A DNA stretch of 64,000 nucleotides from Octopus vulgaris (lineage: Eukaryota). The notes beneath the pieces were generated by a model. That model saw only the letters and a list, made by a program, of their open reading frames with translations, did no database searches and was not told the DNA's origin. Shown here one piece after another: positions 24,604 through 37,207 of the stretch (the first letter of the stretch is position 1; each line of letters opens with the position of its first letter). The stretch covers positions 40,300,001-40,364,000 of the forward strand of contig OX597832.1 of assembly GCA_951406725.2 (NCBI GenBank), written 5' to 3'. The translations under genes were made by a program, and so were the position numbers.

Positions 24604-26069
24604 TGGACATGTCTAAAATCAGTTGGTAAAAGCATAGAATATGTTACCAATTCATATTCCTTTGCAAGTTTGCAAGTGACTGCTATGCATGATTTGTATA
24701 TGTATATATTTTATTTGTTTGTCTTTTGCTTGCTTCAGTCATTGGACTGCAGCCATGCTGGAGCACCGCCTTGAAATTTTAGTTAACTGTATCGACCCCA
24801 ATACTTATTTTTGTTAAAGCCTGATACTTATTCTGTCAGCCTCTTTTGCTTAACTGCTAAGTTACAGGGATGTAACCACACCAGTACCATTTGTCAAGCA
24901 GTGGTGGGGGACAAACACAAACACACATGCACGTATGCTCATATACATAATCCCTTATCGACCCCCAAAAGGATGAAAGGCAAAGTCGACCTCGGCGGAA
25001 TTTGAACCTGGAACGTAACGATAGACGAAATACGGCTACGCATTTTGCCCGGCATGCTAACGTTTCTGCCAGCTTGCCACCTTCCTATAACGCCAGTAAT
25101 AAAATCAAGAATATCAGTAATAGCAACAACAGCAAATGAAAGGTTTCCGTTCATGGCATACTAATTATATAATAATAGTGCACTGAATGACATTAAGTAA
25201 GCTGAACTGAATGAACCTGACGGGTGAGGATGGGGTGCAAAGAAGGTCGGAAGTAGGTAGGTAGTGGTGGGGAGATATCAAGGAATTCAGCCCGTCTTAC
25301 CTTCCATATCTCTGTGTTGCATCACTATATCAATAAATTATATTTTCCCCTTCACTATCATCATCACCATCACCATCAACACTGTCACCATCATCATCAT
25401 CATCATCATTCCATTTAAGCTGTGTGCTTGTGCATGCATATGCATTTTACAACAGGTGTATAAAGGGGGAAAATGTGTACACACAAGGTTTTCAAGATGA
25501 AATTGATTGGTTTTTTTTTTTTTTTGCTGAAGAATTTAATCATGTAATTTCATAATAAAATCTTAAATAATATACATTTTAAAAAGGGCATGCATTTGCG
25601 TAGATGGTCAATAAGGCATTTAAGTGATGTTGCATTTTACGCACAAGAAAATTTGTTGCACAAACTCATAGCAAAGAAATTAGAGGAAATACCAGTCATC
25701 ATTGCTAAGTAATTTACTGGATTTTGTGTGGCAAATAAAACCTTATATTTGTTGTTGTTGTCATTGCTGTTGCTGCTGTTGTTGTTGTTGTTGTTGTTAA
25801 GCAACAAGACAGGTAAGGGTGATTAGGTGATGGTCTAGGGCTTAGGGGCGGGAGACCCCAGACCTTGGAAAAAAAAAAACTTTGGTCGTCTTGTTGTAGT
25901 CAAGGGCTCTTCGCTGACGCCCAACACCACTGGGAGGTGACCCTTGAAGTCGCTGGAAATGGAGATCTCCAGGTCCAAATTCTTGAATGGCTGTTGCTGC
26001 TGCTGCTGTTGTTGTTCAGTGGCATTTCTTCTTGCTTTACATTCTGAGTTCAAATTCCACCAAGGCCAA

Positions 26070-26915
26070 ATTTGCCTTTCAGATAGGGACCATCAGACTC
26101 TTACACAAATTGTTAGAAATAATCACAAAAGTACAGCTCCCAAAATTACTGCAGAGCTTAATGACCACCTCAAGAACCCAGTTTCCACAAAAGCTATTCA
26201 CTGGGAGCTGCAAAAAGCCAGATTTCACAGGAGGGCTGCAATCAGAAAACTACTACTTTCAAAAACAAATATTGGTCCTTAGAGCAGTGGAAGAATGTTA
26301 TTTTCTCAGATGAGTCATCCTTTACTTTATTTCTGACCACTGGCCAAGTATACGTGTGGAGACAGCCAAAAGAATCATTTGACCCACACTGCCTTCTTCC
26401 AACTGTTAAACATAGAGGAGGATCTGTGATGATCTGGGGGGGGGGGGCTATATCTTGGAAATCCACCAGCCCAATGGCTTCCCTTCATGGCAGAATTAAT
26501 AGTCAAGACTATTTAAACATTTTATCTGATCAAATTCATCCTATGGTTGCAGAACTGTTTCTGGAGGGAAGCACAATCTTTCAGGATGATAATGCACCAA
26601 GTCAATCAGCTAAAGTTGTTACTGAATGGCACAAGGAACATTCTAGTGAAGTGGAACATCTTATCTGGCCACCACTGTCCCCAGATCTCAATATTATTGA
26701 ACATTTATGGTGCATTTTAGAAAAACAAGTATGGTATTGATATCCTCCACCATCATCACTACAAGAACTGGAAACTTTTTAAACTGAAGAATGGACAAAA
26801 ATTCCTTTGGAAACAATTCAAACTTTGTATGAGTCCATACCTTGCAGAATTCAAGCTGTAATTACTGCCAAAGGCAGTCCTACCCCATATTAAAATAAAT
26901 TTGTTTGAAATTCTA
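26070..26915 (+). mobile_element. Tc1-like transposon with decayed DD34E transposase
   Basis: Motifs WKNVIFSDES, TVKHRGGSVMIWG, FQDDNAP and WPPLSPDLNIIEHLW are present, broken by a deletion/frameshift and stops. Confidence 0.92.
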
Positions 26916-26924
26916 AGGTGGAGA

Positions 26925-27470
26925 GAAAGATATGATAAGCAGAATCAATAGAGCCATAAGTGCTTTTATTAAATTGGACAAAGTATGGCAATGAAAACAG
27001 TTTGGAAGGGATACAAAAATCAAACTTTACAAAATGCTGGTAAGACGTGTACTTCTTTATGGCTGTGAAACTTGGAAAATGAACAATAGTGATGAGAGAA
27101 AACTAGATTCTTTTCAGTACAAAGGCCTGAAGAAAATAATGCAGATAGGTTGGCCAAACATCATATCAATGGATGAACTCAACTAAATAACCCAAGTCCC
27201 CAGGATAAGCCAAGAAGTAAAAAGAAAAAAGATGGAATTAGATTAGACATGTAATTGTGAAAGGAGCCCAGTCATCGTTGCATGATTGCCTTGACTTGGC
27301 AATTTGAGGGGAAGAGAAAAGTTGATAGACCAAAAGCCACATGGAGAAGGAAAATGAAAAAGGAAAGGAATCAAGCTGGATGGTCGTCGTGGAATGCAAC
27401 AAGAAAACTTGCAAAACAGTGGGATAAATGGAAAATGAGTGTGGAGGCCTTATGTGCCTTTCTTTTGCTG
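26925..27470 (+). mobile_element. RTE-type LINE ORF C-terminal fragment
   Basis: RINRAISAFIKLDKVW...TKIKLYKMLVRRVLLYGCETW...GKRKVDRPKATWRR, with in-frame stops. Confidence 0.85.
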
Positions 27471-27474
27471 GGAT

Positions 27475-27770
27475 CAAATCTGATTTGCAAACCCATGGAA
27501 AACGAACCTCTACCATCTATTCTGCCTATATGTCTGTGCACATCTTTCAATGCAATGAATGCCTGAAGGTTTGCAAATCTAACGGAGGCCTCAAAAGACA
27601 TTTTAAGATCCACAAAGATCAGAACTTATCTGCAGCTCTTGGTCGTCAAATTGGATACGCTATCTATGTGGGTGTCTTTTTAAAACATTGTCTGGTTTAA
27701 AAAGCTACATCAGATTGTTCTAAGGTATAGGGACAGGAGGTGGTCAAACTCTGCATAGGGAGTAGACAAC
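27475..27770 (+). mobile_element. Probable LINE 3' fragment encoding two C2H2-like zinc fingers
   Basis: FQCNECLKVCKSNGGLKRHFKIH is followed in another frame by the degenerate YLCGCLFKTLSGLKSYIR. Confidence 0.5.
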
Positions 27771-28378
27771 CACAATATATGTATGTAAGTATGTATGCAT
27801 GTATGTACTCATACACATGCATATATGCATGCATAAATATTCATGAATGTAGCACAAACCTAGATACAATTATAAACACATGCACACATACACATATATG
27901 CAACATACATGCACATTCACATATAAACATATGTGTGTATATGTGTATGTATGTGTCTGTGTGTAAGCGTATGCACATTGTAATCACACCCAAATTCTCA
28001 TTCACTAGAAACTGGGGTAAGGTTGGGGGTGAAGAACCTTTGAAAATGTCTGTTGGTACTATTTTGTCCTCCTTAAACTTCAGAAGCAAAAATTAAAACC
28101 AAAAAATCTGTACCACTTTAGGGGTTAGTAATGGCTGAAAGAGAGAGAGAGGGTTGAAATGGAGAACAGCTAAGATTGTGTGTATGCAAGCATATGCATG
28201 CTATGTATATATGTGGATGTATGTGTATACATATGCTTGCCTCTGTGTCTGTATGATGGAAATGCATGCTTGTATATGTATGTATGCATGCATTTACTTA
28301 CATGTAGATATATGCACACATAAGCCTATACATATAAATATATATATATATACACATGTGTGTGTATGTGTGTGTGTG

Positions 28379-28439
<61 letters not shown>

Positions 28440-28609
28440 GAATGCATGTGTGTGAGTGTATGCATGTGTATGTGTGCATGCCATGTGTGTGTCTATGCAT
28501 TATCTGATGAGAGACATTCCTTTGTAATGAGACTTGTGTGTCACAAACTAAGTTTGGTCTATTAAAAAAAAAACTGAAACGGCAAAAAAATTTTCTTTTC
28601 CTGTGTAAA

Positions 28610-28639
28610 TAACTACTACTACTACTACTACTACTGCTG

Positions 28640-28689
<50 letters not shown>

Positions 28690-29640
28690 GCTACTAATAC
28701 TACTACTACTACTACTACCACTACCACTACTACTACTACTACTATTACTATACTACTACTGCTGCTGCTGCTGCTGCTGATGATGAAAATATAAACCCTG
28801 AATTTACTCTAAATATTTTCAGCACAGTGGTTTCCCCGCCACCATCCCCAGTGCCATTACCACCAGCACCATCTTTATTACCACTTTTACCATCAATTGC
28901 CACTACCACTACCACTATAACCATCAACACCACAACCATCAATACCACCACTAACACTGCCACCACCATCACCAACAGCAGCACCATTACCAACACCACC
29001 ACCACCAACAACAACAACAACAACATCATCGCTGACACTACTACCTTCACCACAACCACTACCAGACCAACACCACTACCACCACTACCACCAGCATTAT
29101 TACCATCATCACCATCTATACCACCACCGCTGCACACCCAGACCCTAACCCCACAACCACTTCTGCCACCACCACCACCACCACCTGCACTAAACACATT
29201 ACACTTCAACCATCTACCATCTAACACCTACTCACACAGCATCCTCCTCACAACCACTGCCAACCACATTAACCACAACTACATTTAACCACCTTTGCCA
29301 CTACCACCACCACCACCACCACCACCACTATTACTACTACTACTACTACAAAAAATCATGACTACCTCCACCACTACTACTACAACAACAACAACAACAA
29401 CAAAATCACCACCAACACCTCCACCTCAGCCACAACCACCACCACCACCACCAGCTCCAATACAACCCACACAACCAGCAGCATCAAAAACAAAGACAAA
29501 ATTCAACTGGACCCACCAAAATCATCACCTCCATTACAACCACAACCACCATGAACGCAATGACCACCACCACCACCACCATAATGCCACCCCTACCACT
29601 GCCACAACCAGCCAGTAAATTTCCACTAAATGTTAACAAT
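28610..29640. repeat. Mosaic trinucleotide low-complexity tract (TAC/CCA/CAA)n
   Basis: Directly visible. Similar tracts lie at 6760-6990, 32740-32960 and 39440-39790. Confidence 0.9.
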
Positions 29641-29758
29641 TTGACAATTTAGTTGAACAATTATGTAAAAAGGCAAAATAAATTAAATCAAGCAGCATTT
29701 CATCCAACCAGCTTCCCTACTTTCGCTTACATAACCACATGCAAACCACGTACATATG

Positions 29759-29813
<55 letters not shown>

Positions 29814-29981
29814 GTGTGTGTGTGTGTGAGTGTGTGTAAGCTGGTCTGTAAATGCATATATGTATGGGCATATACATATGTGTGTATAGATATATAGATG
29901 TGCATGAATTTGTGTGTGCATGCATAACCCCAAATTCTTTTTCTCTTTGTATGAGAGCATGTATATGTGTGTGTATACATG

Positions 29982-30093
<112 letters not shown>

Positions 30094-30114
30094 CATATAT
30101 ATATACATATATAT

Positions 30115-30155
<41 letters not shown>

Positions 30156-31149
30156 TATATATATACACATATATATATCATATATATGTATCATATATAT
30201 ATATACACACACAAAATTATATACATACATATACATATCTGTATATGTATTATATATATATATATATATGATGCTTTGCCAGACATTCTAATCTAATATC
30301 TAATTTTAGTTTAGGAGCTATAAGTTGTTGCCCCACTATTACTGTTATTGTAGACATGTGCACCAGTTTTCATATATTTTGGATTATGTAATTATTTATC
30401 TGTTGATTATGGGTACATCTCCCATTATGCAAATGTTTTTCTTTTTATCAGGGAATATCAATGTTGCTTTTTAGATTTTTTTTAGTCTTTTAATATCAGA
30501 TTTATGTTTATTTTGGAAGGCATCAGTGTACTCACAGGAACTTCACGTTGAATTTTGTGTGTGTGTGTGTGTGTATGTGTATGCATATACGTGTGTGTGT
30601 ATCAGTGGCGACTCCAGCACTTGGGATGTTCAGACTTAGCCTGAGTATAAATTTAGTAAAGTTAATATTTATTTTCAAACTGATTTAATTCCTGCCAACA
30701 CTGACATTAAGTTTGTAATTGCAGCCAATAACTCAGGCTCCTACAATATTCTTAAAGGAATGGAAAATTAATCCAGCAACTCGGGCTAATACAAATGAGC
30801 CTGGCAGGTGTAAAAGACTAACTGGCATCACTTGTCAAGAGTACAGGCGACAGTCAGATCGCTGATGTTGGTTGTGCATTCCGCTGTTATTTTGTGCGCC
30901 TGTGTGTAAAGATCTGTTGTGTTTTGTAGGGTTGCTTTATTTTTACCCTTAACTTAGAAATAGAGAATGACATAGTTCTAGATATAAAGAATAAGCCATT
31001 TGGGACTAGAATTAAAGCAGAAAAAACGTGGAATTCTTTGAGCAGGCATGCGTCTTATGCAAAATCTGTGATGAGCCCAAGTAACCCTGACAATCGGGAA
31101 TCACCTCTGATATATGTATGTGTGTATGTATATGCCTATATATATACAT

Positions 31150-31488
31150 ATATATGTATATACACACAGCTCTGTCATTCCTTTTGAAGTGCCTGTACTT
31201 CATCACCATAAACTTGCCAAAGCATGCTCAATGTCACTGTAGTAGACTTTCCAAGTTTAATGCAAAATTCCACATTGGCTCTTTCTTCCAACTTCCTGTC
31301 CATGACAAAAATTGCAAATGACTGTATACATATGATCCTAAAAACACAAATTTCACAACTTGGGAAGAAAACACAGTGATGTCACTAAGCACCACAGCCT
31401 CATGAAGATCACTGCTCATGCAACTGTGTGCTGCCATCTGTTGGCATGCTAGAGAACTAGTCCAGGAACTTTTTGATACCATCTTGTA
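31150..31488 (-). mobile_element. Mariner 5' end (TIR plus transposase N-terminus)
   Basis: TACAAGATGGTATCAAAAAGTTCCTGGAC terminus followed by EERANVEFCIKLGKSTTVTLSML.QVYGDE. Confidence 0.65.
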
Positions 31489-31499
31489 CAAAGCACATA

Positions 31500-32420
31500 T
31501 GGCCTAACTGAAGAATTTCCAACAACAATAGGAAACCTTCAAAGCAATATTCCAACTTCTTACCTCTTTGCAATTATAGTAGATTACATTCTTTGGTAAA
31601 GTGTTGACTCCATCCAAGACAAGAGCTTCATCATCAAGCAGAACACCAGCAGAGCATGTCTCTTACTAACCTTAATGATGCCGATGGTCTTGTCCTCAGA
31701 GCTCATCGACTGTGTGATGCACAAGACCTCTTAACATCCTTTGAAATGTTGTATCCCAGAGTGGTCAATCTCTCAACGGTTTTTTGAATGCATGACCATC
31801 AATAAAAATGAAAGCCACCTGCCAGTTTGTTCCACATTAATATGAAACTCAAATAAGTTAGTGATTTCAAGTACCTTGGGTCTGATGTTGCAGACAGTAA
31901 GAAAAACTTCTTTACATGCAAGGGACCAACCTTGAGTGCTTGTAACAGGCTTCAAAACATCAAGTATTTCAAAGTCACATGGTTTGCCTTCTTCAGGAAA
32001 TGTGTTGAGACCATTCTTCTCTAAGGAGTTAAAACAATGATAAGATCTGTTAGGGTTCTTCCTTCTGAGATAGAGGAACTTAGTGCCTCATCGTGAAGCA
32101 ACCTATGAAAATGGAGCTTGATGGTACATATGCCAGGCATCTCATAGGGGCTCCAAATATCAGTTGATGTGAACACAGGGCCAAAGAGAAGATTTATAGA
32201 CATGTTCCACCCATCTTTGCAATTGTTTTTACTGCAGGGTAGGCTTTGCCAGCCACTGCCATCATGCTAAGCAACAGACCAATTAGATGTTAGATTCTGG
32301 GAACTTCTGCACCCTCATAGGCAAAGAAATCCATTCAACTACCTTAATGTTATTGACAGAGACACAAACCATAAAACTGAGGAATTACCAAAGTTAATAG
32401 GTGACAAGGTTTCCTGACAA
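31500..32420 (+). mobile_element. Highly decayed RTE-type LINE RT fragment
   Basis: QSNIPTSYLFAIIVDYIL, DFKYLGS and VETILL remnants, with many stops. Confidence 0.6.
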
Positions 32421-34288
32421 CAGCTTGGTGAAACACATTTAATTTGAAGCACATACATACACACCCACAGTGTAGCTATGTGTATGTACAAGTTACATAT
32501 ACATCTATATACACATATGTATACACTTACACATGCACATACACACACGTGTGTATTTAACAGTTTCCATTCCTTGTACACTCTTAGTTTGTCACCCCCG
32601 CCACCGACAAATTGCTAAGTTCAGTGGTTTAGAAAATGTTTACTTGATAGCAGTGTCAGAATTCTTCTTCCTGGTTATTGTAATGGATTAAATATAATAC
32701 GTTTAAATGACAACTCTAAATGTTGAGGTAATAAGTTGTCAACATCCTCATCACCACCACCACCACCACCACCACCACTACCACCACCACCACCACCACC
32801 ACCATCGTTGTTGTCATCGTTATCATCATCATGGTCATCATCGTCACCATCATCATCCTCACGATCACCCTCATCATCATTGTCACTACCACCATCACCA
32901 CTGCCACTGCCACCACTACCACCATTGTCACCACCACCAACACCACTGCCACCACCGTCCTAACAAATGGTTAGACATGTTCTACCATTGTCTAACCAAT
33001 GGTTAGGCATGTTCTACCATTGTATAACCATTGGTTAGACAATGGTAGAACATGGATAACATTGATAAGATGCTGAAAGAACAATGATAAGATCTGTTAG
33101 GGTTCTTTCTTCTGAGATAGAGGAACTTAGTGCCACATTGCAAAGCAACCAATGTTAAAAGAGAGAGGTATAACATGTGGTGAGTCGGTAGAAATAAGAG
33201 TGTGGAGAAATGAATACTTTATTGCTTTTAGTTTCATTATCCTAAATTTGTGGCTGTGTGGTAAGAAGCTTGCTTCCCAGCCACAGGGTTCTGGGTTCAG
33301 TCCTACTGCATGGCATCTTGGGCTAATCAACGTTTTGTGAGTGGATTTGGCTGAGAGAAACTGAAAGAAGCCTGTCGTATGTCTGTGTGTGTGTGTGTGT
33401 GTATCTATGTATGTCTGTGTTTGTCCCCCATCACTGATTCACAACTGGTGTTGGTGTGTTTATGTCCCTGTAACTTAGCAGTTTGACAAAAGAGACTGAT
33501 AGAATAAGTACTAAGCTTTAAAAAAAATAAATCCTGGGGTTGACTTGTTTGACTAAAACCCCTTTCAGGTGGTGCTCCAGCATGGCTGCAGTCAAATGAC
33601 TGAAACAAGTAAAAGAATAAAAGAACAAAAGAATACTAGGGTTGGTTTTTATCCTCCACCTATCTCTATAGTCCCAATATAATAAATACAGGCTTAAGGC
33701 AGAACTAACAGAATTGTTAGCACACCAGGCAAAATACTTAATTGCATTTTCTGACTTAATGTTCTGAGTTCAGATGTCACCAGGGTCAACTTTGCCTTTC
33801 ATCCTTTCGGGGTCAATAAATAAGTGCCAGTTGAACACTGGGGTCAATATAACTGACTTACTCACTCCCCTAAAATTGCTGGCCTTGTGCCAAAATCTGA
33901 AACCAGTATGATGAATACACGTGGTCAATGACATATCTTCACCACTCCTGTCCTACAAACTTGTGTTCAGCCAGAAGTAATCAATATTAATTCAATAATT
34001 AGGGACAGGCAAATGAATTCCTAGAATTGATAGAGATTAGGATGGACTGCCTTGACGAATCCAATTGCATCCTTTCTGTTCTGAGTTCAAATCCTACTAA
34101 TATCAGTTTTGCCATTTATTCTTCAGGGTGGTGATGATAAAATGAAGTCCCACTTTACAAGTACTCATGAGTAAATGGTGATATAACTCACCTGTACTAT
34201 CCACCTGCTTCCAAATTTAAAGCCTTGTATCTATTTTTTAAAACTATTAGAATAGTAAAGCTGTAGTCTAGTCCCTTGTCAGCCTTAA

Positions 34289-34504
34289 CCATTTACCATC
34301 CAGATCACTCTGTCAAATTTAATATTTATTCACGTTTTTCTAACTTAATTATACATTATTTCATAGCTTTCAGATTTCTATGATGTGACTGTATATTTTT
34401 AGAATGACATAGTAGGGTATGTGTAAGAGGCCAGATCTTGACAGCTTGAACTCAAAACAGGAAGAATATTTGTGCCAGATATGGCCAGTTTAAATGCCAA
34501 AGGA
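34289..34504. mobile_element. piggyBac-type MITE, older inverted copy of the 50224 family
   Basis: TTAA flanks; the body is a reverse-complement homolog of 50224-50442. Confidence 0.7.
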
Positions 34505-34548
34505 TTAATCAAGCAGACATATGATCAAGGCATTCTATCTGTGGCTAC

Positions 34549-35828
34549 TAGGGCCCGCAAAAAACTGATAATTCCCAAAACCGAGTTCAAGTATAAGTAA
34601 TTCTCAAAACAGGTTAAAAACCAGTTTTCGCGGGTACTACTTAAGAAGAGTGGTCCCGGTGCGGGATCTTTTCCTTTTGAATGGCAGTTTTCAATGCAAT
34701 TTCTAGTTAACTAAACACTTTAAAACTTCGTACACTGGTAGAATGTGTCAAAATAAAACATTTTTTTCTCTTGGCTTTCTTGAGAAAATTGTAACGTAAA
34801 TTAATTTAAGGATAACAATTAAGAAAAAAAAAACGAAAGGCTAAAACGAAAGCAAAAACTCAAAACAAAAACAAAACGAATAATTTTAGAAACACGTGTA
34901 ACAAATTAATTTCACAATTAAGAAGAAAAAAACGAAAGGCTAAAATTTAGGGTTAAGGTTAGAGTTAGTGACAGGATGTTGTCTCAGTTTTAGACGCAGC
35001 AAATGATTTTAGCTCAAAAGAGGGCATAGGATTGGTTAAAATTCGAAAAATTAAACTACGTTAAACTTACAAATTACAATTTTCTCAAGAAAAGCTTTCT
35101 TGAGAAAATTGTAATTCGTTTGTTTAACGTAATTTAATTTTTCGAATTTTAACCAATGAATCGCCTCTAGTGAGCTAAAATCATTTGCTGCGTCTAAAAC
35201 TGAGACAAGATCCTGTCACTAACCCCAACCCTAACCCTAAATTTTAGCCTTTCGGTTTTTTTTTCAAACTCAAAACAAAAACAAAACGAATAATTTTAGA
35301 CACACGTGTAACAATTAAATTAATTTAACAATTAAGAAAAAAAAAAACGAAAGGCTAAAATTTAGGGTTAGGGTTCGGGTTAGTGACAGGATGTTGTCTC
35401 AGTTTTAGACACAGCAAATGATTTTAGCTCACTAGAGGCGATTCATTGGTTAAAATTCGAAAAATTAAACTACGTTAAACAAACAAATTACAATTTTCTC
35501 AAGAAAGCCAAGAGAAAAAAATAATTTATTTTGACACATTCTACCAGTATACGAAGTTTTAAAGTGTTTAGTTAACTAGAAATTGTGTTGACATGTGCCG
35601 TTCAAAAGGAAAAGATCCAAAAGGATCTTTTCACTTTGACCGGCACATTTAAAAAATAGTTATTTGTAACTAAACACTTTTAAACTTCGTATTCTGGTAG
35701 AATGTGTTACATAAAACATCTTTTATTGAAAAGATCCGAAAGAGCAAGCCTTAAAATCGGTTTCGGTTTTACTGATCATAATATAAAACCGGTTAAAACT
35801 GGTTTTATAAAACCGGTTTCGAGGCCTA
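34549..35828. mobile_element. Non-autonomous hAT element with 8-bp TSD
   Basis: TAGGGCCCGC...CGAGGCCTA termini with a perfect GTGGCTAC duplication at 34541-34548 and 35829-35836. Both ends are shared with 40281-42562. Confidence 0.88.
34664..35618. mobile_element. Foldback derivative of the same GGATCTTTT-TIR family
   Basis: About 130-bp inverted termini (GGATCTTTTCC...GGAAAAGATCC), an internal palindrome centred near 35093, and TTAGGG motifs. A short extra copy lies at 35623-35737. Confidence 0.75.
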
Positions 35829-36418
35829 GTGGCTACCCAGTGTTTTTTTTTACATGCAGGTAACCAAGGACTACATTGCCCAATGTATCCTTTTCTAAAA
35901 CAGTAGAGTGTGAATTTAGGGAAATTTGGCTGCTGTTTCTAGCAGGTTGAGTGACCATGTAGAGACTCCCTTGTTGATTTGATATAATATTTTTGGCACA
36001 GATGATGAACTAACTATGTAATGTCCGGCAGGATTGAGTTACTTGCCTTTACATTCTGGTCTCAAATCTCACCAAAGTAATCTTTGATTCCCATTTTTGC
36101 AATATGAGTACCAGTAATTCCCTACATCGTTTCTGTTTACTGTTACTTCTTCTTTTACTATTTATTGTTTTGAATTGCAGTTCTTTACTACACTGGAATG
36201 CCTGTTCCTATGAAAAGGATGTAGAAACTAATAATGGCTATTAACCTTCTGGATAAATAATAAACTAGTTATGTGTAAGAGGCCAAACCTTGACAGATTA
36301 GAAAATACAAGAACAGGATTTTTGAGAAAGCGAAAAAGGTTGGGCGAGTTTGTGGAGGAGATAAAATCCAAGATATTGAGGTTTGGCATTTTAGAAACAA
36401 TGACATTTATATAAGTCA

Positions 36419-36475
<57 letters not shown>

Positions 36476-36577
36476 GGAGTAAACACATAAATGTGAAACA
36501 AGGTGGAAAAAAGAGTACTCAAATACCAGTGGTAGAGTAATATGCTTTATTTTAAGCAGCAGAAAATTCAACAAAAT

Positions 36578-36615
36578 CTGTTACTCTGAGTTTCTCGTTG
36601 CCGTTCATCAGACAG
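36578..36615 (-). ncRNA. Minimal type I hammerhead ribozyme motif
   Basis: The - strand reads CUGU-CUGAUGA-ACGGCAACGA-GAAA-CUCAGAG-UA-ACAG. The core is intact; stem II has one mismatch. Confidence 0.7.
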
Positions 36616-36719
36616 TTTTTGCTAGAATATATGTGTGTATATATTGAACTTTCTAACCACACAGCCATACCTGCTCCTATATATGCATGTATGTATATAT
36701 GTATGTATGTATGTATGCA

Positions 36720-36754
<35 letters not shown>

Positions 36755-36887
36755 CAAAGCGACGTGACTTTTTAAGTTAAGAGAGTTCCCAGTGTTTGTA
36801 AATAAGTGTTTGAGTTGGTGTGAGGGTTGAACTGCTGATGCATACACCCATGTGTGTGTGTGCATCTATTCACATAAGAATCTCAGA

Positions 36888-36921
<34 letters not shown>

Positions 36922-37009
36922 CCTGCCTGCCTGCCTGCCTGTATGTATGCATGTGTGTATATGTGTGTGATGTGCATGTGTGTGTATTTATGAATATGTA
37001 TTCTTTTAT

Positions 37010-37207
37010 TGGTTGTATACTGTCAACTTAATGTGACAGTCCTGTAAGGGAATTACACCACCGCTGTTTAGCCCTAGGAAGCATCGACGCTTCCTGTCGG
37101 CCTTGACACATTTCCTAAGGCCGACAGGAAGCATTCGATGCTTCCTAGGGCTAAACAGCAGTGGTGTAATTCCCTTACTGTCACGTTAAGTTGACAGTAT
37201 ACAACCA
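37010..37207. repeat. Long near-perfect inverted repeat (about 95-bp arms)
   Basis: TGGTTGTATACTGTCAACTTAA...CGGCCTT, a short loop, then AAGGCCG...TTAAGTTGACAGTATACAACCA. Confidence 0.92.

Noticed and set aside
27428-27700. Host C2H2 zinc-finger gene
   Set aside because: The second finger is frameshifted and degenerate, there are no clear splice sites, and it abuts LINE sequence. A retroelement C-terminus is more likely.
28498-28560. Additional hammerhead candidate (CTGATGA GAGACA...TGTCAC AAACTAAGTT)
   Set aside because: G12 of GAAA is missing and stem I is not convincing; too degenerate to support.
28748-29618. Pro/Thr-rich mucin- or extensin-like ORFs
   Set aside because: A trinucleotide low-complexity mosaic open in several frames on both strands, with no splice or domain evidence.
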